NCBI GenBank assembly: GCA_964291495.2
Contig: OZ219871.1
Location: 544,001-608,000 of the forward strand
Reading direction: 5' to 3'
Length of the DNA: 64,000 nt
DNA from: Dehalococcoidia bacterium
Lineage (GTDB): Bacteria > Chloroflexota > Dehalococcoidia > UBA2979
Of the stretch, positions 1-7,374 are shown piece by piece (positions within the stretch are counted from its first letter, which is position 1; each line of letters opens with the position of its first letter). The notes under the pieces were generated by a model. It searched no databases. It was given only the letters and a program-made list of their open reading frames with translations, and was not told where the DNA came from. A program made the position numbers and the translations under genes.

Positions 1-305
1 ATGGCGGCGTCGACCCCCAGCTCCTTGAAGCGCTGCGGCAGCGAGGCGAGAACCTCGCGCTCCTCGGCGCCGTGCGTGGTGCCGAACTCGCGCCAGCTCA
101 CGAAGCTGACGCCGGGATAGCGGGCCTCGAGCTGCGGCTCGAGCAGGTCGAAGACCTCGTCGCCGCGGTACACATAGTCCCAGAGCTGGGCGATCGTCTT
201 GCCGGCCAGCGTGTCCAGCCGCGGCGCGAGCGGCATCGGTTGGAGTTGCCGCTTGCTGCGCGGCCAGACCACCCGGTAGTGGCCGCCGTCGTTGCTGTTC
301 GTCAT
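1..305 (-). CDS. UGSC-family (seleno)protein-like, N-terminal part; runs off the left edge
   Basis: Not in the ORF track. Manual translation from ATG at 305 (RBS GAGGGAG) gives MTNSNDGGHYRVVWPRSKRQLQPMPLAPRLDTLAGKTIAQLWDYVYRGDEVFDLLEPQLEARYPGVSFVSWREFGTTHGAEEREVLASLPQRFKELGVDAAI, open to base 1. Family assignment is from recalled motifs (LAPRLDTLxGKTIxxLWD...FGxxHG...VDAxI). Confidence 0.7.
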   Translation of the reverse strand, partial: MTNSNDGGHYRVVWPRSKRQLQPMPLAPRLDTLAGKTIAQLWDYVYRGDEVFDLLEPQLEARYPGVSFVSWREFGTTHGAEEREVLASLPQRFKELGVDAA

Positions 306-351
306 GGCTTCGGCTCCCTCGAGGCCGGCGCTGGCGCGCGGGTCGTGCGCG

Positions 352-801
352 CTACTCGCTCAGTTCGTCGCGCACGGCGCCCTGATCCGGGTGCATCCAC
401 TCGCCCTCGTAGCGCCGGTGCGCGAACTTCCACTCGCCGTCGACCTTGCGCAGGCGGTCGAAGTAGCGGCCCGCCAGGCGCAGGACGCCGTCCGACATCC
501 CCCACGCGGCGATGTAGCACTCGACGCGCGCCTCGTCCGGCGCGCCCTCGACGGCCTCGATGGCGAGGCTGTTCGTCCAGTGGCGGTAGTCGTCGCCGGT
601 CACCTCGAAGAGCCGGCGCATGTACGCCTCCAGGCCTTCGCGCCCCTCGTGGCGGAACGCCCAGTCCGGGCCGATCAGCTCGAGCACGCCGTCCTCGGTG
701 AACATCGCCGCCGTCCGCTCGGCCTCGCGGCGGTCGTAGGCGAGGTTCTGACGCGCGAACAGGTCGCGGATCGCCTCGCGGTCCTCGAGCGTGAGCGCCA
801 T
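352..801 (-). CDS. SnoaL-like / NTF2-family protein
   Basis: MALTLEDREAIRDLFARQNLAYD...FTEDG...RHW...GRYFDRLRKVDGEWKFAHRR; ATG at 801 with GAGGAGG RBS. Confidence 0.85.
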   Translation of the reverse strand: MALTLEDREAIRDLFARQNLAYDRREAERTAAMFTEDGVLELIGPDWAFRHEGREGLEAYMRRLFEVTGDDYRHWTNSLAIEAVEGAPDEARVECYIAAWGMSDGVLRLAGRYFDRLRKVDGEWKFAHRRYEGEWMHPDQGAVRDELSE

Positions 802-946
802 CGCTACCTCCTCGCCCGCCGGTGCCTCGGCCAGCATAGTGCCCCGGCGCGGCGCGGTGTCGGGCGCTGTGGCGCCGCCGGTCGCCAGCCCGCTAGCATG
901 CGTTTCCCCGCACGTCGGCCGCGCACGCGGCGGAAGGACCGTCCCC

Positions 947-2179
947 ATGCCAGACGAGAGCCAGGAAAGCCAGTACTCGATCCGCTACACGAATCCGATC
1001 TACGGCGAGGAGGAGATCGCCGCCGTCGTCGAGGCGCTTCGCACCGAGCCCGAGCTGCAGGTGGGCCCGCGCGTGCGGGAGATGGAAAGCCGCGTCGCGG
1101 CGATGTTCGACAAGAAGTACGGCGTGATGACGAACTCCGGCACCTCGGCGCTGTACCTCGCCGTCGAGCTGCTCGACCTGCCGCCGGGGAGCGAGATCAT
1201 CACCTCGATCATCAGCTTCTCGGCCACGTTCGCGCCGATCGTGCGCGGCGGGCACGTCGCCTCGTACGTCGATGTCGAGTTCGACACATACAACATCGAC
1301 GTGGACAAGATCGAGGAGATGATCACCCCCAACACGAGGGCGATGCTGATCCCGAACCTGATCGGCAACGCGCCGGACTGGGAGAAGATCCGCGAGATCG
1401 CGGACCGTCACGACCTCAAGGTGGTCGAGGACTCGGCGGACACGCTCGGCGCGGAGCTGCGCGGCAAGACGACGGGCACCTGGACCGACATCAGCATGAC
1501 GAGCTTCGCGCGCTCGCACATCATCACGAGCGGGGGCAGCGGCGGCCTCGTCGCCGTCAACAGCGAGGAGGAGTGGGACCGCGCGCTGCTGCTGCGCCGC
1601 TGGGGCCGCACCTCGGAGGTGCAGATGTACGGCTCGAAGCAGGGCTCGGGCGACCGCTTCGAGGCCGTGATCGACGGCATTCCCTACGACACCTACTTCA
1701 TCTTCGACGAGGTCGGCTGGAACTTCGAGCCGTCGGAGATGCACGCCGCGTTCGGCCTCGTGCAGCTCGGCAGGCTCGAGGAGTTCTACCAGGCGCGCAA
1801 GCGGCGCTTCGACATGCACACAGACTTCTTCAACCTCGAGCGCATCCGGGAGCGCTTCGTCCCGGCGCGCCAGTTGGAGGATCTGAAGACCAGCTGGATC
1901 TCCTACCCGCTGATGATCCGCGAGGACGCGGGCTTCAGCCGCGCCGACTTCCAGCAGTACATGGAGGCCAACGGCGTCCAGACGCGCATGGTCTGGTCCG
2001 GCAACATCCTCCGCCAACCCGCCTTCAGGGACACTCCGCACAAGGCCGCGCCCGAGGGCTACCCGAACGCCGATCGGGTCATGGAGTACGGCCTGATCCT
2101 GCCGATGAATCACGCGGTGCCGACCGACGACATCGAGCAGATCCACGGGCTCATCGACGAGTTCGTCCGCACACGCTGA
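947..2179 (+). CDS. DegT/DnrJ/EryC1/StrS-family PLP/PMP enzyme, His-type (RfbH/ColD-like sugar 3-dehydratase)
   Basis: NSGTSAL, PNLIGN, EDSADTLG, SFARSHIITSGGSGG, RRWGR, GWNFEPSEMHAAFG motifs; ATG at 947. Confidence 0.85.
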   Translation: MPDESQESQYSIRYTNPIYGEEEIAAVVEALRTEPELQVGPRVREMESRVAAMFDKKYGVMTNSGTSALYLAVELLDLPPGSEIITSIISFSATFAPIVRGGHVASYVDVEFDTYNIDVDKIEEMITPNTRAMLIPNLIGNAPDWEKIREIADRHDLKVVEDSADTLGAELRGKTTGTWTDISMTSFARSHIITSGGSGGLVAVNSEEEWDRALLLRRWGRTSEVQMYGSKQGSGDRFEAVIDGIPYDTYFIFDEVGWNFEPSEMHAAFGLVQLGRLEEFYQARKRRFDMHTDFFNLERIRERFVPARQLEDLKTSWISYPLMIREDAGFSRADFQQYMEANGVQTRMVWSGNILRQPAFRDTPHKAAPEGYPNADRVMEYGLILPMNHAVPTDDIEQIHGLIDEFVRTR

Positions 2180-2201
2180 GCGGCGACCGGGAGGAACGGC
2201 G

Positions 2202-3392
2202 ATGGCGTACGGGGACACCGAGCACGACGAGGCGCTGCGCAGCGCCTGGCACGCCTTCTGCGACCGCCTCAAGGACGTGGGCGAGCTGGTCTTCGCGGAC
2301 CCCGCGCCGGCGACGCCCCTCGAGCGCGCGGTCGGGCTCCAGTACGTCGCGCGCAACATCTCGGCGGGGCTCGAGATCGGGCTCGAGCACGCCGATCCGC
2401 TGTACCCGCAGCTCTTCCGGATGATGGCGCCGAACCGCAAGCGCGGCGGCGACAACCCGGACTGCGTCTACTTCCTCGGGATCATCGACGGCAGCGAGAC
2501 CTACCGCCTGGTCGGCAACCGCGGAAGCGCGCACTTCGTCGCCTTCTCCGCGGTCCGCCCGCTGGAGACCAGTCCGGAGGGCGAGGCGGCCGAGGTGGGA
2601 CGGCTGCTCGGCGACGAGCTCGAGACCGAGTGGGACGGGAGCTTCGTCGTGACGGTCAGCCCCGACCCGCAGCCCGGCAACTGGGTCCGCACGACGCCCG
2701 AGGTCGACAAGGTCTGGGTCCGCCAGTTCTTCGGAGACTGGAATCGCGAGCAGCCGATGAACGTGCGGATCGAGCGCGTCGGCGCCGAGGGCGCGCCGCC
2801 GCGGCTCACGCCGGAGCGCCTCGTCGAGGGCCTGGAGGCGGCCGTCGAGGAGCTGCACGAGACCGTCGACTACTGGCGTGGCTGGCAGGAGCACTACCGC
2901 GCCCAGCCCAACCGCTTCCTCGAGTCACCCACGGCGCGGAAGCTCGGGGCAGCCCCGGGCGGGCTGCCGCAGCACGTCTACTTCATGGTGCAGCCGGACG
3001 AGGCGCTGCTGATCGAGTTCACGCCGCCGGCGTGCTCCTACTGGAACTTCGAGCTGAACACCTACTGGATGACCTCGATCGACTACCGCTACCACCTCTC
3101 GAGCATCAACGGCTCCCAGGCGGTGCTGGAGGACGACGGTTCGGTGATCCTCGTCGTAGCGCACGACGACCCGGGCGTCCCCAACTGGCTGGCGACGGAC
3201 GGGCACTGCGAGGGCCACATCGGCCTGCGCTGGATGCAGGCCGACTCCCAGCCGACCCCCGCCACGAGGCTGGTCAAGCTCGCCGACCTGCCCTCGGTCC
3301 TCCCGCCGGGCGCACGGCGCATCGACGAGGCGGGTCGGCGGGAGCAGCTGCGGCTGCGGCGCATCGGCGTGGATCGGCGCTTCCGGATCTAG
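2202..3392 (+). CDS. DUF1214-domain protein
   Basis: GGDNPDCVY, YRLVGNRG, VRQFFGDW, YWNFEL...WMTSIDY, AHDDPGVPNWL...GHCEG..LRW are typical of this family. Confidence 0.75.
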   Translation: MAYGDTEHDEALRSAWHAFCDRLKDVGELVFADPAPATPLERAVGLQYVARNISAGLEIGLEHADPLYPQLFRMMAPNRKRGGDNPDCVYFLGIIDGSETYRLVGNRGSAHFVAFSAVRPLETSPEGEAAEVGRLLGDELETEWDGSFVVTVSPDPQPGNWVRTTPEVDKVWVRQFFGDWNREQPMNVRIERVGAEGAPPRLTPERLVEGLEAAVEELHETVDYWRGWQEHYRAQPNRFLESPTARKLGAAPGGLPQHVYFMVQPDEALLIEFTPPACSYWNFELNTYWMTSIDYRYHLSSINGSQAVLEDDGSVILVVAHDDPGVPNWLATDGHCEGHIGLRWMQADSQPTPATRLVKLADLPSVLPPGARRIDEAGRREQLRLRRIGVDRRFRI

Positions 3393-3483
3393 CCGCCCAC
3401 TCCATCCCGGCCGCGCCCGGTCCGCGAATGCGCCTCGTGGCGGCGTGGTACCGTCGCCGCATCCGATCGGAGAGGACCGCCAC

Positions 3484-4293
3484 ATGGACGATCTACGCGG
3501 GAAGGTCGCCGTCGTCACGGGCGGCGGGAGCGGCATCGGGCGCGGTATCGCGGAGGCGCTCGCCGAGGCCGGCGCACGCCTCGTCATCGCGGACATCGAG
3601 GGGTTGGCGGCGGAGGCAGTCGCGGCGCTGATCAGGGACGGGGGCCACCCGGCGATCGCGCGGCGCACCGACGTGACCGACGCCCACGACCTCGAGAGCC
3701 TCGCCGAGACCACCATCGAGACGTTCGGCTCCATCCACGTGCTGGTCAACAACGCCGGCGTGATGACGATGGGGCCGCTGGCGGAGGCGACCGAGGCCGA
3801 CTGGGACTGGCTGTTCGACGTCAACGTGCGCGGCATGGTGCGCGGCGTGCGCGCCTTTCTCCCCCACCTGCGTGCGAACGCGCCCGCGCACATCGTGAAC
3901 ACGATCTCGATGGCCCCCGTCGCGCCGCGGCTCGACGGCGAGATGGGCATCTACACCGCCTCGAAGGGGGCGGCGCTCGGGTTCACGGAGGTGCTGCGCG
4001 CGGAGCTGGCGGACGAGGGGATCGGCGTCACGGCGGTCTGCCCGGGCCCGGTGGATACGCGCCTCTACGAGGCCGAGCGCAACCGTCACGAGCGCTTCGG
4101 CGAAGGCAGGGCGATGGACACGCCCTCGTGGGCCCACCGCCAGCAACCGGACGAGGTTGGCGCGATGGTCGTCGACGCGATCCTGCGGAACGCCGGCTAC
4201 CTGTTCACGGATCTCGACTCGCGCGGCCGCATCGAGGCGCGCGAAGCGCGGATCCGCGAGGGGCTAAACCACCTCGAGCAGAGCAGCGCGTAG
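3484..4293 (+). CDS. short-chain dehydrogenase/reductase
   Basis: TGGGSGIG, NNAG, YTASK. Confidence 0.92.
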   Translation: MDDLRGKVAVVTGGGSGIGRGIAEALAEAGARLVIADIEGLAAEAVAALIRDGGHPAIARRTDVTDAHDLESLAETTIETFGSIHVLVNNAGVMTMGPLAEATEADWDWLFDVNVRGMVRGVRAFLPHLRANAPAHIVNTISMAPVAPRLDGEMGIYTASKGAALGFTEVLRAELADEGIGVTAVCPGPVDTRLYEAERNRHERFGEGRAMDTPSWAHRQQPDEVGAMVVDAILRNAGYLFTDLDSRGRIEAREARIREGLNHLEQSSA

Positions 4294-4355
4294 CGCCGCG
4301 CGTCGCGCGGGGCACTGAACGGGGGCCGGCCATCGACGCGCGCGAGCGAGGCCGG

Positions 4356-5582
4356 TTGCGGACGTTCCGTTCGCTGGACGACCGCAACTTCCGCTGGTTC
4401 CTGACCTCGATCTTCTCGGGGTTCACCTCGAACGACATGCAGCAGTTCCTGCGGGGCTGGCTGGTCTTCGAGCTGACCGGCTCGTTCGCGGCGCTCGGGC
4501 TGATGTCGCTGATCAACGGGATGACGGGGCTGCTGCTGGCGCTGGTCGGCGGGGTGGTCGCCGACCTCGTGAAGCAGCGCAAGCACGTCGTGCAGATCGG
4601 GCAGGGGCTGAGCGGGCTGAACGCGCTCGTGCTCGCGCTGCTGGTCTTCGGCGACCTGCTGCGCGTGGAGCACGTGCTGATCGCGGCGGCGCTCCACGGC
4701 GGCTCCAACAACCTCACGATGCCCTCGAGGCAGGCGCTGACGCCGGACGTCGTGGGGCCCGAGCGGTTGATGAACGCGATGGGCCTCTACAGCACGAGCC
4801 AGAACGCGGCGAAGCTGCTGATGCCCGGGCTCGCCGGCGGGATGGTCGGCTTCCTCAGCGACCCGGGCACGATCGGCGGCGCGGCCTACGTCTACGTGCT
4901 GATCTTCACCATCTACACGGTCTCGGTCGCGACCATGTTCCCGGTGCGCGTCCCGGACCGCACGCCGGGAGCACGCTCCTTCACTTCGCTGCGCGGCGAC
5001 CTGGCGGACGGCTTCCGCTTCGTCGCCGGACACCGTCCGCTCGCGGTGCTGCTGATCTGCAACCCGCTCTTCGCGCTGCTGGGCCTCGGCCACTTCGTGA
5101 TGCTGCCCGGCTTCGCCAAGGAGGTGCTCGACGCCGGTCCGGGGCAGCTCGGGCTGCTGACCAGCGTCTCGGGCGTCGGCGCGGTGGTGGGATCGCTGGT
5201 GGTCGCGTCCCTGCCCGGAAGGCGCCGGGGCGTGCTGATGCTGGGGAGCGCGGTGCTGCTCGGCGTAGCGCTTGTCGCCTTCGCGGCGTCGACCTCGTTC
5301 TGGCTCTCGCTCGCGATCATCCTCGTCGTCGGCCTCGGTCAGGCGGGCTACCTGGGGCTGATGAACGTGCTCGTGCAGGTGCTCGCCGGCAATACCTATC
5401 GAGGGCGCGTGATGAGCATCTACATGATGGAGTTCAACATCACGCAGCTGCTGCTGTTCGGGATGGGCATCTTCGCCAGCGTCTACGGCCCGCGGGCCAC
5501 GTTCGCGGCCGCCGGCATCGCCCTCGTGCTGTTCTCGCTCGCCCTGCTGGCGCGCTCGCCGACGCTGCGCAGGATCGAGTAG
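4356..5582 (+). CDS. MFS transporter (start uncertain; TTG at 4356 chosen)
   Basis: About 12 hydrophobic segments, GGVVADL, YRGRVMS; paralogous to 9773..11104. Confidence 0.85.
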   Translation: MRTFRSLDDRNFRWFLTSIFSGFTSNDMQQFLRGWLVFELTGSFAALGLMSLINGMTGLLLALVGGVVADLVKQRKHVVQIGQGLSGLNALVLALLVFGDLLRVEHVLIAAALHGGSNNLTMPSRQALTPDVVGPERLMNAMGLYSTSQNAAKLLMPGLAGGMVGFLSDPGTIGGAAYVYVLIFTIYTVSVATMFPVRVPDRTPGARSFTSLRGDLADGFRFVAGHRPLAVLLICNPLFALLGLGHFVMLPGFAKEVLDAGPGQLGLLTSVSGVGAVVGSLVVASLPGRRRGVLMLGSAVLLGVALVAFAASTSFWLSLAIILVVGLGQAGYLGLMNVLVQVLAGNTYRGRVMSIYMMEFNITQLLLFGMGIFASVYGPRATFAAAGIALVLFSLALLARSPTLRRIE

Positions 5583-5591
5583 CGCTGCCCC

Positions 5592-6203
5592 CTACCCGCC
5601 GTTGCGCCGAGGCACCTCGAGCTGCTCCATCACCTGCTCGAAGACCGCGTACTCCTGCGCGCCGACCACGGCGTCGCGCTCGTTGAAGATGAACGTCGGC
5701 ACGCCGCGCACGCCGATCTCGCGCGCGAGCGCGATGCGTTCGTCCACCTGCGCGCGGTAGCGCCCCTCGCCCAGCACCGCGCGCAGCTCATCGCGATCGA
5801 GTCCCTGCTCCCCGCCGATCTCGATCAGCGTCTCGAGGTCCCCGATGTCCGCCTCGCCCTCGAAGTGCGCGGCGAAGAGCGCGCGGTGCAGGCCGTCGCC
5901 GTCGTGGCCGATCTCCTGCGCGTACTCGGCGGTCTCGAGGGCGAGGTGCGAGTTCGGCGTGAAGCGCCGTCCGCGGCGGAAGGTGATGCCGACGCGCTCG
6001 CCGCGCAGCTCCAACTGCGTCGGCGGGTCGTCCGGCTTCGTGCGCGGCTCGCGCTCACGGCCCTCGGGAGGGATCGAGGCGTCGAGCAGGTACGGCCACC
6101 AGCGGACCTCGAGCTCGTACTCGCGCCGCAGCTTCTCGACCTCCACGAGGCCGACGTAGCACCACGGTCAGATGAAGTCGCTGACGATGATCAGTGAGGT
6201 CAT
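5592..6203 (-). CDS. DsbA/FrnE-like thiol oxidoreductase, predicted selenoprotein (UPWC motif; TGA at 6170-6168 is codon 12)
   Basis: ATG ACC TCA CTG ATC ATC GTC AGC GAC TTC ATC TGA CCG TGG TGC TAC = MTSLIIVSDFI-U-PWCY, in frame with the downstream FrnE-like ORF (GVPTF, VGAQ); hairpin immediately downstream of the TGA. Confidence 0.88.
6124..6167 (-). promoter_or_regulatory. bacterial SECIS-like element
   Basis: mRNA stem UCGGCCUC / GAGGUCGA (8 pairs, one G-U; plus-strand 6136-6154) with a GUG apical loop starting 21 nt after the UGA. Confidence 0.72.
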
Positions 6204-6337
6204 GGCGGGCTGCCCTCGCCTTCCGGGCGCCGTGCCCTGCTCTCAGTATGACGCCTGCGCGCTCGCGCGGCAGCGCGACCGGCGGCGCTGCTACCATCCA
6301 CGCCCCCGCCGCCGCGGCACGAATGGAGCGAGGGCGC

Positions 6338-7273
6338 ATGAAGTTCGGGCTGTTCCTCATCGAGTCGCCGCACCGCGCGCACGTCGGGCCCAGCGGACGC
6401 CACGCCGAGCCCGGCCAGGGCGCCGCCCTGACCTCGCCCGAGTACCTCGGCGGCCTCGCGCGCTTCGCCGAGGAGGTCGGCTTCGACTTCGTCTCCTTCC
6501 CCGAGCACGTCGTGCTGCCCGTGGACTACGAGTCGCGCTACCCGTACCAGCAGTACGAGGGCGGCGACTTCAAGCGCTACCCCTACGACGAAACGGCGTT
6601 CCCCGAGCCGGTCACCGCCCTCACCTTCGTCGCCGCCGTCACCGAGCGGCTGGAGCTGGGCACCTCGGTGCTGATCCTGCCGCAGCGCAATCCGGTGATC
6701 CTCGCCAAGCAGCTCGCCACCCTCGATGCGCTCTCGCGCGGACGCGTCAGCCTGACCGTCGGCATCGGCTGGCTGCGCGAGGAGTTCGCGGCGATCGGGG
6801 TGCCCTGGGAGCGCCGCGCGCGGCGCGCCGACGAGTACATCCAGGCGCTGCGCACGCTCTGGCGCGACGAGGTATCGACGTTCCGGGGCGAGACGGTCTC
6901 CTTCGAGCGGATCCGCTGCCTCCCCAAGCCCGCGCAGCCGGACGGCCCGCCGATCATCGTCGGCGGGCACAGCCTCGGCGCGGCGCGGCGCGCGGGCCGC
7001 CTCGGCGACGGCTTCATGCCGCTCGGCCTTGGCGGATTCGGGGGCGAGGACGTCACGCCGCTGCTTGAGGCCTGGCGCGAGGCGGCAGCCGCCGCCGGAC
7101 GCGAGGAGGCGGCGACGGAGCTGCGCATGGGCGCCGCGCCCGACCTCGAATCGGTGCGGCGCGTCGCCGAGCGCGGCGCGACGAGGATCCACTTCTCGTT
7201 CTCGGCGCCGAGCCTCGACGAGGCGAAGCGCGAGCTGGAGCAGATCGCCAACGAGGTGATCGAGCGCTTCTAG
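6338..7273 (+). CDS. LLM-class F420-dependent oxidoreductase
   Basis: PEHVVLP...RYPY, LGTSVLILPQRNP, LDALSRGR, GIGWLREEF, PKP. Confidence 0.9.
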   Translation: MKFGLFLIESPHRAHVGPSGRHAEPGQGAALTSPEYLGGLARFAEEVGFDFVSFPEHVVLPVDYESRYPYQQYEGGDFKRYPYDETAFPEPVTALTFVAAVTERLELGTSVLILPQRNPVILAKQLATLDALSRGRVSLTVGIGWLREEFAAIGVPWERRARRADEYIQALRTLWRDEVSTFRGETVSFERIRCLPKPAQPDGPPIIVGGHSLGAARRAGRLGDGFMPLGLGGFGGEDVTPLLEAWREAAAAAGREEAATELRMGAAPDLESVRRVAERGATRIHFSFSAPSLDEAKRELEQIANEVIERF

Positions 7274-7374
7274 CCGCGAGCCGCCCTCGCAGCCTGCGCA
7301 CGCACCCACGCGACTCGGCGGCGCGGTACAGTCTCGGCACGGGGGTCGGCGACCGCGACGGAGTGAGGTGAGGC

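Noticed and set aside
292-2424. 710-aa plus-strand ORF and similar long Arg/Ala/Gly-rich ORFs (7368..9776, 16430..18802, 34751..37375, 45870..48314)
   Set aside because: Shadow or antisense frames of well-supported genes in high-GC DNA; no family motifs
6168-6170. TGA read as a nonsense mutation making the DsbA-like gene a pseudogene
   Set aside because: It falls exactly on the catalytic Cys position and is followed by a SECIS-like hairpin, so Sec recoding is the better explanation
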